Shown: positions 24,033 through 37,025, numbered from the whole stretch's first letter. The stretch: 63,998 nucleotides of DNA, filler included, from Cercozoa sp. M6MM (GCA_040357565.1; 11 parts of 11 records of this genome joined end to end with filler, not necessarily neighbours in it); one strand, 5' to 3'. The notes: generated from the letters alone by a model not told the origin. Program-made: numbers and translations.

Positions 24033-26939
24033 TCAATGACAGAGAAACAAATGGCGCTACCAGAGCCTCAACAATTGAGGGTGCCTCAGAAGACAAAGCC
24101 ATCGCAGAGATCTTCGCAGAACACTTACAAAAGAAAACCACACTAGACTGGTCCCAATTCGCAATGAACAATGAAGTACTCGGAGAGAACAGATTTGCAC
24201 AACAACACCAAGAGGTGTTACAACAGGCAGCACAACTGCAACAAGCACCAAAACTATGGACAATGGACGAACTGGAAGCTGCAATCAACACTCTCCCGCC
24301 ATTCAAGGCACCTGGCAGAGACAAAATCATGAACCACCACATCATACACCTACCAGATGAGACCAAACAACTGCTACTGAAGGTCTACAATGCCTGTCTC
24401 ACACATGGGTACTTCCCGAAGGCATGGAAACACGCAACTATAGTGATGCTACCCAAGCCGGGCAAGGACTGTACAAAAGCAGCTTCCTACCGACCCATCT
24501 CGCTGCTGCCGTGCCTCGGCAAGCTACTGGACAAACTCATGAACGAAAGAGCATCCCAACAAATGAACACACAGTATGTATCCAAGTACCAATCTGGGTG
24601 GAAACAACACATGTCAACGCTAGACACACTGGCTTACATACAACAGCAGGCAGAAATGGCAAAGAAGGCAGGAGAGTACATGACAGTCATTAGTCTAGAC
24701 ATCAAAGGCTTCTTCGACAAGCTCCACAAAGAGGGCGCAATCATTGCCCGGTCTAAACATGTGAATGGCAAAGAACTGCTACTCATGGAGTCCTTCCTCT
24801 CAGACAGAACCATCTCGGTGAGAAGAAACGACACCGAATCAACAGACAAACAAGTCAACGGCAGCACTCCCCAAGGGGCCATCTGCAGTCCTCTACTCGC
24901 AAAGACCTTCCTCGATGACATGCACATACAACTGCAAAGAACAGGAGAACACATGAAACGACACCCCCGTAACTCTAAAATTAAAGGAGCAGTAGCCACT
25001 GCACACAGTGTCGGATACGCCGATGACTCATACATCATAGTAAGGACAACAAAGAGATCAGACATGCAGGAAGCTTGTAAGCGCCTCTTGGACACAGCCA
25101 CCACCTGGGCAAAACGCAACGGCATGGAATTCGCACCTACAAAGACTCAGTTCATTCAACTGGGAACGAGGACAATCAGAGACCTCAAAATCAGAATGAA
25201 AACACTGTCCCACGACAACGAGAGAGACGACATCGAGCAAGTAGACAAAATGAGAATCTTAGGTCTCCTCATAGACAGAAACCTGTCATACGAGGCACAC
25301 GCAGAGCAACTACACCACAAAATCACTCGGAGGATCAACACACTGAAAAGACTGATATACACAAGGTCCGGACTCACACAATACCTAGCGGTACAGATCT
25401 ACAAAGCATGGATACTGTCATGCGCTCGATACGGCATCGCGCTCTGGTGGCACAAAATTGGCAGCACAAAATGGAGGAGAAAACTCGAAATAACACAACG
25501 CACCGCCTTGAGGATCTGCATGAGACTACCCACGAGCTCTCCCAACGAGGCAGTGTACACCATCACCGACACAGGAACAATCGGAGAGATGGCAGAACGA
25601 GCAGAAGCGACAGAACTAATCAATCACTACGCCAAAGAGAGCACATTGTGCCTACAAACTGACACCACACCAGTTTCCGCTTGGAGAAGAGCAGCCACAA
25701 ACCGCAAGATCACCGACGCTGAACTGAGCGAAATACCACAAAGAAGGAGAAAGATACTCGGAAGGATCATCAAAACAGTGAACAGACCCAGAGAACACGA
25801 GACATGGTCAATACGGAAAACGGATGCTGAACACCACAAGCACAAGTGGCTCCAACTAATACGTGACCTCTCGAACAGAGCAGAGTTACAACAAGTATAC
25901 GCAACTGACGGCAGCCTTGCCGGAAGCGAAGCAGGCTACGGCTGGACATCAGGAAAACCAGTAAATGGAAGACTAAGATCTGGCAATGGCAAAATCACCA
26001 ACGCGACTATCTATGATGCAGAAAGAGTTGCCATAATGCAATGCATCAAACACGCTAAAGAAAAAGGAGAAACCCGTATCGCACTCCTGATTGACAACAA
26101 AGGAACAATCTTGCACCTGACAACACCTCAAAAAACAGAGATGGATGAGATTGATGCACAACTGAAGGAATTAACAAAGAACATGCACATCACGGTACAC
26201 TGGGTACCATCACACATCGACATTCACCTTAACGAACTAGCAGACAAAGAAGCAAAGAAAGGAAGGAACAACCACAACAGGAGAAACTGGATCAAAATAA
26301 ACAAAGACCACAAGAAACTGAAAAAGCAGACCCGAAACAGCAAAAACAATGTACCGCAACGCCCTCTCAGAAGGGCCAGAGTCAGAGCTCTACGAAAAAC
26401 ACACATCAGAAACCCCTGGAAACATATCAGGAACTCAAACGAACTACTCAGAATAGCCAAAGAGCGCAAACTCAGCATCGCAGACATCCGCACACTCTCA
26501 AGATTCCTCTGCAACAGACTTGGAAGCTTCAAGTACTACAACTACGCCCAAATACCGCGAAAGTGCAATGAATGCAAAGCCAGAGGCAGACTCAGGACTC
26601 CCAACTGCAAGGGATGCAAACAACGACTACAAAAGCGCGAAGTAAGCGAATGCCCCGACTGCGCAGGTACCTGGGAAAATGCAGAAGACACTCTCGACAC
26701 GTACCACCGATTGCTGGAATGCAAAGTAACGGAAGCTATCAGACACAACACCAATGCGGCCCAATGGCGCACAATTGAAGACATACTAGCCAACCCTGAG
26801 AACCTAGCAACACTCAACAGAATGCATCAAGGCGCCAAGATCTCCTGGGACGAGGAAGCAACTGTCGAAGGACAACCAGCCTCCCAGCAGGTAATGGACC
26901 GAGAGGTCCCCGACATAGACTAGGCCACCACTCACAGCA
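24033..26939 (+). mobile_element. 5'-truncated non-LTR retrotransposon (I/Ingi-group-like) encoding RT, RNase H and a Cys-rich zinc finger
   Basis: RT motifs KAPGRDKI, YRPISLLPCLGK, PQGAICSP and YADD. RNase H motifs YATDGS and HWVPSHIDIHLNELADKEAK. C-terminal CxxC repeats and CPDC..H..C. Identity to the second copy begins abruptly at about 24033. Confidence 0.95.
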
Positions 26940-27039
26940 NNNNNNNNNNNNNNNNNNNNNNNNNNNNNNNNNNNNNNNNNNNNTTAATTAATTAANNNNN
27001 NNNNNNNNNNNNNNNNNNNNNNNNNNNNNNNNNNNNNNN

Positions 27040-30000
27040 CACTGCCTCGTTGGGAGAGCTCGTGGGTAGTCTCATGCAGATCCTCAAGGCGGAGCGTTGT
27101 GTTATTTCGAGTTTTCTCCTCCATTTTGTGCTGCCAATTTTGTGCCACCAGAGCGCGATGCCGTATCGAGCGCATGACAGTATCCATGCTTTGTAGATCT
27201 GTACCGCTAGGTATTGTGTGAGTCCGGACCTTGTGTATATCAGTCTTTTCAGTGTGTTGATCCTCCGAGTGATTTTGTGGTGTAGTTGCTCTGCGTGCGC
27301 CTCGTACGACAGGTTTCTGTCTATGAGAAGACCTAAGATTCTCATTTTGTCTACTTGCTTGATGTCTTCTCTCTCGTTGTTGTGGGACAGTGTTTTCATT
27401 CTGATTTTGAGGTCTCTGATAGTCTTCTTTCCCAGTTGGATGAACTGAGTCTTTGTGGGTGCAAATTCCATGCCGTTGCGTTTTGCCCAGGTGGTGGCCG
27501 TGTCCAAGAGGCACTTACAAGCTTCCTGCATGTCTGATCTCTTTGTTGTCCTTACTATGACGTATGAGTCATCGGCGTATCCGACACTGTGTGCAGTGGC
27601 TACTGCTCCTTTAATTTTCATGTGTTCTCCTGTTCTTTGCAGTTGTATGTGCATGTCATCGAGGAAGGTCTTTGCGAGTAGAGGACTGCAGATGGCCCCT
27701 TGGGGAGTGCTGCCGTTGACTTGTTTGTCTGTTGATTCGGTGTCGTTTCTTCTCACCGAGATGGTTCTGTCTGAGAGGAAGGACTCCATGAGTAGCAGTT
27801 CTTTGCCATTCACATGTTTAGACAGGGCAATGATTGCGCCCTCTTTGTGGAGCTTGTCGAAGAAGCCTTTGATGTCTAGACTAATGACTGTCATGTACTC
27901 TCCTGCTTTCTTTGCCATTTCTGCCTGCTGTTGTATGTAAGCCAGTGTGTCTAGCGTTGACATGTGTTGTTTCCACCCAGATTGGTACTTGGATACATAC
28001 TGTGTGTTCATTTGTTGGGATGCTCTCTCGTTCATGAGTTTGTCCAGTAGCTTGCCGAGGCACGGCAGCAGCGAGATGGGTCGGTAGGAAGCTGCCTTTG
28101 TACAGTCCTTGTCAGGCTTGGGTAGCATCACTATAGTTGCGTGTTTCCATGCCTTCGGGAAGTACCCATGTGTGAGACAGGCATTGTAGACCTTCAGTAG
28201 CAGTTGTTTGGTCTCATCTGGTAGGTGTATGATGTGGTGGTTCATGATTTTGTCTCTGCCAGGTGCCTTGAATGGCGGGAGAGTGTTGATTGCAGCTTCC
28301 AGTTCGTCCATTGTCCATAGTTTTGGTGCTTGTTGCAGTTGTGCTGCCTGTTGTAACACCTCTTGGTGTTGTTGTGCAAATCTGTTCTCTCCGAGTACTT
28401 CATTGTTCATTGCGAATTGGGACCAGTCTAGTGTGGTTTTCTTTTGTAAGTGATCTGCGAAGATCTCTGCGATGGCTTTGTCTTCTGAGGCACCCTCAAT
28501 TGTTGAGGCTCTGGTAGCGCCATTTGTTTCTCTGTCATTGATGTTTCTCAGTAGTCGAGTGGTCTCCCCGATTGTTGTGTGCGCGTTTAGTCTGGCCACT
28601 CTCTCCTGCCATAGTGCTTGTCTATCAATGCGAAGGCTTTGTCTGAGTTGTTTTCTCATGTTTTTGAGGAGTGCTTCGAGTTCAGACGCATCTTCATTTT
28701 TGTTTTTCAGTTCCTGAATGAGTTTCATGGTGCTATATGTGTTCCTCTTGATTTTTATCGAGTCGACCGATATGCCTAGGCATGAGTGTTGGGTGATTAT
28801 TTTGGTGGGTGTTGCCTCTTCTATGGCTTCCTGCATGGCTTTGGTGATGTCTTCGACTGTGTCATTGATTTGCTCGATGTTGTCCACATCTCTCTCTTGT
28901 GATAGCAGTCGAATCGATTCATGTTCTTTGTATTTTTGGAGATCTATCTTCTTGTAGTTCTTTCTCCGTATGGTGTGTTTTGGTTTACGCACTGCTCGTT
29001 CTACTGTGACCATAACAGCGTGGTGGTCGCTGTATAGGAAGTGCAGGTGATCGTAGACCGATATTGTAGATTGTGCTGGGATGACACTGTCAGCTATCGC
29101 GAGGTCTATCGTTGTTCTGGGCTTGGCCTCTGCCTCTCCTCGGACTCTGTAACTGTGGGTTGGAGTGTACTTGTTGAGTATCTCCCAGTCATTTTCAGCT
29201 ATTGCTTCTTGTAGGGCAATGCCTTGCTTGTTCGCCCGTGCTGATGTGGTTCTCGTTGTACCGTTGTCTACGTGTTCCTGGGAGTATCCAGCTTGATCTC
29301 TGGTATGTGCACACCACTTGGCGTGTTTTGCATTGAGGTCGCCAAGAATGAGACCAGGCTCCTGTGTTCTGCTGTGGAATTCCTTGAAGTCAGTTGTCAG
29401 TTGCTGCATTTGTTCCTTGCAGTTTCTGTCGGTTGGGTGGATGTAAGCGTACCATAGATGGAATCTCGTTCTCTTATGTTGTCCCACTCTGAGGTGGATG
29501 TACGAGGATGTTTCTGGGTTCCAGACACCAACAATGTGTAGCAGTGCTTTGTGTTTGCTGTATATGAGTGTGCCTTCTCGGAGTGTCTTGTTGTCTTCTT
29601 TGGATAGTTTTGGCGCGATGGAGGCGACCAGTGCGTATTCGTTTAGTCTTTGCGGTGGGTTGTTGTGTCTGGTTTCACTTAAGCATACGATGTCCGGCCT
29701 TTCTTCGGGCTGCAGGCAGTATATGCTGCTCAGTAGTTCCTGTTGTTTTTCCTTGTTGAAGGTGTTCACATTTTGGTGTAGGATGTGTAGTTTCGTACTT
29801 CTTTCTGCGTGGTTCTGTAGGGCCCCGATCTTTGCCCGCCTGAAGGCCTGCTGTATCATTGCCCCGTTGAGTGTGCGTCTTGCGGTGCACCTGTGCTTAG
29901 CTCGTTTGTCTGCGCGTTCGTACAGTTCTTTTATTCTTTTCTGTCCTGTCTCAGGTTCCAGGATTTCCTCTTGTTCTATCATGTATGCTTCTAGGCCTAT

Positions 30001-30955
30001 TTCCCTCATGTCGGGTATAATTATCTCATCAATGTGACGATCGTTGTTATTGTTGTCATCACTCTCATAGGTTTCTATTCCAATCTCTCCATACCTGGTA
30101 TCCCGATCTCGCCGTTTGGGTGGTCCCTCTCTTCTCTGTTATTCTCTGCGTGCCTTGTTCGTTTATTGCGATTGTTTACGCTCTCTGCTCCTTGTATATC
30201 AGCCAAGGCTCTGTTCCGTTTTTCTCCTATTCTAATCATCGCTTGGTGTGTATTTTTGGTAGTGGGTTCTACGGTTGTGCCTAACCGGCGGGTTTGGTCC
30301 GTAGGGTCCTCGTCCGGCTGGTTTAGCGACTCGTTGGTTGAGATTTGTTGTACTTCGTCTAGATCGCACTGTCGGTTTGGCGCTGAGAGATCTGGCTCGA
30401 GGTCGCTGGGTAGGTCGAGGTCGGGGTCTGGGTGCTCCAGGTCTCGGTGAGCCTCTGCAGGGGCAGCTCTCGCGTGCCGTGGGTGGCTTCGGTCAGCTTC
30501 ATGTTCTTCTATTTCGAGGCGTTCTTCGTGTCTCGCTGCAGATCTCGGGCGCTTCTTCCGGTTATCGGTCTGGTGTAGGCCCTCTCGTTCCTTTCGGTGC
30601 TCCCCGGGTGTGGGGTTTAGGCTACCCTGTCCGGCCAGTAATTATTGGCCGGGGTTTGGATCGTGCACCACTACCGGACGGGGCTTCCGGCAGTGGGCAC
30701 AGCTGTAGCAATTTATATGCTCTAGTCGTGGGCTGATCACCTTGGGCTGGGCTGCTTGTTCCACGTGGTCGCAGATCTCGCCGAAGCTGATCCCGTTCAT
30801 CGTGGTCTTCCGCACGAGCGATAGGTGTTTTTTGTTTGTTGGTGGGTTCCCTGGCGGGTGGCCGGAGACCGGCAATGGCTGACGCCTGTAATGCATAGCA
30901 TCCAGTGCCGAGGCACTCAGCCCCCCATCCTGCGAGTGGGGGGTTGTCAGGGCGC
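27040..30955 (-). mobile_element. Second copy of the same non-LTR retrotransposon, with 5' leader, APE endonuclease and RT (3' end cut by the contig end)
   Basis: APE motifs ILHQNVN, DIVCLSETR, GDLNAKH, IDLAI and SDHHAV. RT is nearly identical to the 24-27 kb copy. The 5' boundary is approximate. Confidence 0.93.
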
Positions 30956-31345
30956 GAAAACACACCGAGACGAAAAACAGAAAAGAGAACGCAGGAAACA
31001 AGAAACAACAAAAGTTGGGGCAGCTTCGCTGGGGCTCTAACTCCGCATGCTAGTTGTATGGGGCCCTCAGGCCTCGTTTGTGCCTTCTGGCGGGCCATAG
31101 GGACAGGGCCCACCTAGCCAAAAAGTGGGGTTGCGCACCTTAGTGGGTCGATATGGGGCTCTAACTGGAGCTGATGACTTGAGCAGAGCAGTGCAGGAGT
31201 TGTTGCTTGCTAAATTTATTATAACATTTTCATCTTCAGTACTTGCTAATGCTGTGGTCAGGCCCAGATGCAAGGGGACCGCGCGTTAGACCAAGGTGCA
31301 AGAAAACCAAGGTAGATTTCGATGGGGGCGTCCCTGGCAGTTGTT

Positions 31346-31870
31346 CTAGTAGGGCGGAGGTTGCGGAGCGCCAGGACCGGTGCAAGTTCCCAAGTGCGCG
31401 TAAACGTCATTGGCAGAGGGGAAGGGCTGGCCACACTGCCAGCAGCTCTGCTCATACAGGACAATACATATACCACTATACGAGTCACTTTAAACTCGAA
31501 GAAACAAAGACGGGGTGGGGTACAGATCCGCCGCACTTTCCGCAGGTCACTCGGTTACAGCCGCTTATTTTTGTTATGAAATAATCGCAGCCTGCGTGGA
31601 GGCACTTTTTGACCTATAGGGGGTATTTAAAAATACAGTCCAGTAAATGTCCCAGTAAATGTGATCCTACCTCTCCATGCGCAATCTGTTGCTGCAACAT
31701 GGCCTCAGTGGCGAGTTCCTCAGCAGACTTCACCGTGGCTCCCTCACAGGTGAGGTTGGGATGCCACTTCTTGCCGCACTTCTGGCACGTTTCGGTTCCG
31801 CACTTGGGGCAGCGAACTGCCGCCGCTGGTGCTTGGTTGGACGCCTCTCCGATTTCAATACCACAGTCTA
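31346..31870 (-). CDS. RBR-type E3 ubiquitin ligase, IBR-RING2 C-terminus (5' partial)
   Basis: IBR reads CPKCGTETCQKCGKKWHPNLTC. Spliced RING2 reads KKCLHAGCDYFITKISGCNRVTCGKCGG|SCWQCG..YAHLGTC. Confidence 0.85.
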
Positions 31871-31902
31871 CCCAGAGAAGATACAAGAAAGTACATGTAT
31901 TA

Positions 31903-31951
<49 letters not shown>

Positions 31952-32125
31952 NNNNNNNNNNNNNNNNNNNNNNNNNNNNNNNNNNNNNNNNNNNNTTAAT
32001 TAATTAANNNNNNNNNNNNNNNNNNNNNNNNNNNNNNNNNNNNNNNNNNNNGACCCCCCGTGTTTGTATATAGGCCCTACAGGAGTCGAGTAAGGGTATA
32101 TGGGGGATAAAGGATACAAACAAAC

Positions 32126-32567
32126 CCAGAACTTGTCCTGGCACACAGCACGAGGAGCCTCCTGTTGGGCCTATATACAAACACGGGGGGTCAGGGAGCT
32201 CCATGGCACGGGATAAAGTCTACCTCCTCCTGCGTGTGCGGAATGAAAGACTTTTGCTCCACCAGCGGCGAACTGTCACAAGGTAGGAGGTAGTGTGGTA
32301 GGGGGTGAAGGGGGGGGGGGGGTAAGGTACTGCTGGTAGTGTTGCTGTTGGTAGTGCTGCTGCGGCTGCACATAGACCGGCTGCTGCTGCGGCTGCTGCT
32401 GGTAGTGCTGCTGCTGATACTGCTGTTGCGGCTGCTGGTACTGCTGCGGCTGCTGGTACTGCTACAGGAGATTGAAAGAACGATTTCGAAGCAAATCAGG
32501 TCAAGGAAGTGAGACATACAGGCTGCTGGAACGCAGGGTTCTGCGGTGGAACGGATCCGTTGTTCAT
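32126..32567 (-). CDS. N-terminus of a protein with a Q/Y/P-rich low-complexity region, possibly CTL/PNS1 family (3' partial)
   Basis: Reads MNNGSVPPQNPAFQQP|QYQQPQQYQQPQ..., with a later exon EAPRAVCQDKFW. Confidence 0.4.
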
Positions 32568-33282
32568 GTTCGGCGCGTAACCCGACTGCTGGTAGCTACC
32601 GTAGCCTGCAAGAAGCGACAGTTTCACCAGTCAACTCAACTCGACCAAAATCGACTCTTTTCACAAAAGAACTGACAGAAACCACGGAACCAAAGCTGGA
32701 GCTGGTCTCACTCACCAGCACTCAAGGAACTACACTTGGAGAACACACGGACACACACAGTTGTAAAGCACTAAAGCGCGAAAGGGCGGAGCAGAAACAC
32801 CCGAGGCAAGCACGTGACCCAAAATAATGCTCGTTTTCAGCCAGCTCGCGTCAGTATTGATCCAGCTCGACATTCGGACCCGAAAACAGCGAAACAGAAA
32901 ACTATCGAATTGAGCAGAAACCAAAGGCACCCTGTTGGGGCTGTCCGTAGGGTTGCTGGTGCATAATACACCGTACTAACACTCGTCACTCCTCCTGTAC
33001 TCTTTGCAGCGTGCAGGGAGTTGTTCACAACGAGGTGGCTACACGATCACGAGTTGCGGTTTGGTCGCAAGCGACGAATGAATGTGAGGCTACAGAGAAT
33101 ACCTGACTCAGACCTTAAGGCACGTTCGCGCCAGCAAGTTTTTGTTCGAGTGTTGAACAATCAAGGCCAGCGTTTCTCCGATCAAAATAAAGATGCGTGT
33201 CGTCGATCGACCACAAAACCGTGCTGTAGGCGCGCCGCAACCGCATTACGTACTTGACCGTTGAGCGACCACTCACATTGCC

Positions 33283-36120
33283 ATGCAGGCCGAGTCACTG
33301 ACGGCCAGCGAGCTCGTGAACCGAGCCGACGCTGGCCAACGTATTCTCAGTCCTTACAGTGTTGCAAACTGTGCTGCACGAGTACTGTCAGTTCGCGATA
33401 ATTACAGTGACGCCGCGCACGGTGCACGCAGCGAAGAGCGTCGGCGTCACGCTTGGCGAGCTCAAAAAGTACAATCGAACTGAACAACTTCAGTTCAACA
33501 TTCTGTTGCACGCTGATTGCTTTGCAGGCCACGTGACGCTCAGCTGCGTGAGCACTTTGAGACGCCAGTTTCGCCCAAGGTGGCGAAAGAAGGTGATCAC
33601 TATAAAGACTGAGAAATACAATGCCTGTAGAAATGTATCTGCTGAACTCAGCCAATGCATTGAAGAGAGAACTGGTGCTCCGAGAGCACGAAGCTATTGT
33701 GAACGAGGTAATTTACAGTCTCTAAGTTGGACCGTTAGTTTATAGTCTCAAACATGTGCCCAGGTACTGGAAGCACGCGATGTGTTGGTCCGACAGAACT
33801 GGCGTCCCTTCGGTTCATTTTTTCCATCAATTTTTCCTTGGGCAGTTTATTCGATAGAATACTCCTCAGATGAAAACGAGTTTCGCAATGAAGTGAAACA
33901 AACACTCCTTCGACGCGAAGGCACTCGACTGCAGAAACAACACGCCGTGGCTGCTGCCCAGATGGAACGCAAGGTACAACAACATTGCTTCCAGTTGACA
34001 GTCATGATCACTTTTGGCACGGGTGACAGCTGCGCGCGGAGGTTGAACAACTGAAAAAGAAAAATGCGATCGAAGCACGGCGACGTCGGTTCGTTGAATT
34101 TTTGCTGTGTTGAATAGACACAAGCATGTGTACTTTGCAGGTACATGGCGTGGGAAGCCTCGCATCGGCGAGAACTGAAAAATCGTCGCATGCGGCAACA
34201 GGTTTGCTTTCTTTTCTAAAAGGAATTTCTGCTCTACCTGTGTCTGCACCTAATTTAGGCAAGGGAAGAAGAAAAGCTGATTCTACAGAAACTACACGGT
34301 ACTGTTTGTTACCTTCAAACAGTATTCAATATCGACTGTCTGTGTAGAGGAAGAAGAACATGAAAGAGACACTGTGTTGCGCAAGCACTTGGCACAAGTG
34401 CAAGCACGTCAACTGGCTCGGTATACCGTACTGTAAAAGTGAACTGCCAAAAGGCATGCGTTGAACGTACAGTGAGAAAGAGCAGGCACATCAACGACAT
34501 GAAGTCGAGCAGGTATCATGCATTGTTATTTTGCTTGATTGACTCGAAACACTTGACTGGCAGAAAGCGATTCGCAAGCGTTTCGAGAAGCAAGAAGAGT
34601 TCCGCCGACGTCGCGAGCAGGTGTGCTCAAGCTCTGTTCTTTTCTCCATTATAGATCTGATGGTTTCCTACAGAAAGCCGAGATCAAGGAGAAGCAGAAT
34701 CGAGAGAAACGACGCAAACTGCGGCAGGAGATGCGAGAGAAACTGGTACCCATAGGCTTTGAGCAGAAACAAAAAAATAACTTAATGGACTAAACATCGG
34801 AGTGCGCAGATGCTGGCAGAGCAGCACAAGGCCGAAGTGAAGCAGCAAGAAACGCACAAACTGCGTCGTTGCTTTCATCGTCATCACAGGAGTACCACTT
34901 TTTAGTTCAGTCAGTTTCTTTAAGTTTGTTTGTTTATGACTCACCGTACTGTTCCTGGCAGATATGCAGCGTCTCCAACAACAACAGGAAGAACAGCTCC
35001 AAGAACAACGACGTCAGCAGGAGATTCGAGAACGCCGTATCCGAGAGAATCAGCAACGCATCGAAGAACAGCGTCGAAGGGAGGCTGAGAAAAGACATCG
35101 ACTTCACAGATTGGTATCTAAATATAGTCTTTCTGTCAAAGCATTCGAATTGCAAGACGGAAACTGCAACTACAGACACGCACGAGAGCGGACAATAACG
35201 CTGCGAGCATCATTCGACGCCGACGTGAGAAGGGTACTGTAGTATTCAGTTGTCGTTGCTCTGACTGGTTTGGAATATGTTGGAATGAACCAAAACAGAA
35301 CGGAAGAGGGAAGAACTGCTGCGACAAGCGGCTGAAAAGCGCGAAGAAGAGACCAAGCTTGGTTTGTTTTAAATTCCTATATGTTCGGTGAGTCAGTTTC
35401 AAGTTGGCTACTGCTGGCTGCGCAGAAGCTGAGCGACAGAGACTGCGGCAGGAGGCCATGCAACGCAAACTGTACCGATTAACTGATATCTGCAACGCAA
35501 AATGGACACGGTGGCACGTTTTATAACTTTTCTTGTGCACAGTAAACGCGCCGCGCGAGCTGCAGAGTTCCGTCGCCAACAAGTGCACCAGCAAGCGCGA
35601 CAGAAGGCTTTGCGCGTCGATATCATGCGTACTCTCTGCCTGAGTTTTCTCCCTGGTTGATCATTCCAGGAGTGTGGTACTTTCTTCAGGTGAAACGAAG
35701 GAACGAGTGGTCAAGCAGCGTCGCAAGAACGCCGATGAGGCCGAGTTGGCCCGTCACGCTGCCCAAGAGGTACCCTCTCTGCTCTGCTTGTACCTGGAAA
35801 ACATGTTTGGACCTGAGGTACTGTAGGCATTAAATGTGCTCCGGCACGTCACGTCGCTGAAGGAACTGCGCAGCAACATGCGCGACTTGCCTCTCGGTAT
35901 TGCACAGGATCGAGAAACTCCAATGAACAACAAGAAGAAAAGGACACTCGCCAAGGCGTCGTCTGCCAATGACATTCTCACGTCGGGGTACACTATTGCT
36001 ACTTGTGCTGTTCTGGTTTGACTGCACCCCCCTCCCCCCGTTCTATGCAGAAGGACCTACAACGGATAATTGGAGAGTGATCGCGACGGCGGTGCCATGC
36101 TTACATGGTTGCGCGAGTAA
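33283..36120 (+). CDS. Long R/E/Q-rich coiled-coil protein with many short introns (CCDC177-like N-terminus is tentative)
   Basis: Reads MQAESLTASEL..LTPRTVHAAKSVGVTLGEL, followed by coiled-coil exons such as QRLQQQQEEQLQEQRRQQEIRERR. Confidence 0.6.
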
Positions 36121-36557
36121 CGCGACAGACGACGTCCTGTCCGACTAAACTGTGCGTTTACGCGGCTCGTTCAACAACGGAGAGTGCATGTTACCCGTGA
36201 TTATTTTTTGCAGTTTTCAACACCTGTAAATAAATATCACTTCTTGAGTGCGTTTCTCCTTAAACAGTACTCAAGTCACAAGATCGATGAGCAAGCATTC
36301 GTTGGCCTCGTCTCACCGGTTTTCGAGTCCCCCACGCGGTTACTTGGGCGCCGTTGTTCTTGTGTTTCTGGGAGAGAGGGAATCGTTGGTCGATGTTGAG
36401 AGATCAACATGATATCCATTAAAGAAATGCGAGCAACAGATTGAGTCCTTCTGTTCCCGTCAGCAACCGCCATATTGTTTACAAGTTTAGTGACTTCACG
36501 CTCTCACTGCAACTTTCTAGCTTTTTTCGACTTGAGAAACAAAAAACCGAAGCCTGC

Positions 36558-36610
36558 AAAAAAGTGTGATACAATCGTGGATTTTTCGTGTCATCCTTAA
36601 CGCAGGGACC

Positions 36611-36641
<31 letters not shown>

Positions 36642-36661
36642 TGAATTATGCCCCGAAGGGC
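36558..36661 (-). ncRNA. U6: U6 spliceosomal snRNA
   Basis: Minus strand reads GCCCTTCGGGGC (hairpin)...AAAATTGGAACGATACAGAGAAGATTAGCATGGTCCCTGCGTTAAGGATGACACG...TTTTTT. This includes the ACAGAGA box, the AGC triad and a Pol III terminator. Confidence 0.97.
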
Positions 36662-37025
36662 AATTGAAACCAAAGAAGAACTCCGATAACCTAATGTAAT
36701 TGAAATAGACTTAATATGAATGGTCATGGGTCAAAGTATTTCATCCTCGGACTACGATCCTCTTCATTCTCGTCGCTTTCAATCTCCATGCCGCTGTTTC
36801 AAAGCATTAACCTCATAGTATCGAGACATCCTCAGGCAAGCGAAGCTCGTCGACATTGACTCGCAAATCGGCAGCCTCTGTGCAAACGCCGACCGCCAAA
36901 GTCGCTTCGTATCAACGCAGTTATTGCTCGCGTCGACTGCGACTTGATTGTACTCACAACGTACGTTTTGTTGAGTTAATATTCGTTTTATTACAAAAGG
37001 ATTGTGAGCGGCCATCGGGCATCGA

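Noticed and set aside
26900-27100. Tail-to-tail inverted arrangement of the two LINE copies
   Set aside because: They are separated by an artificial linker, so the adjacency is not biological.
30642-30670. Possible 2A peptide (..HDPNPGQ), as in Ingi/L1Tc elements
   Set aside because: It does not fit D(V/I)ExNPGP: the E and the final P are missing.
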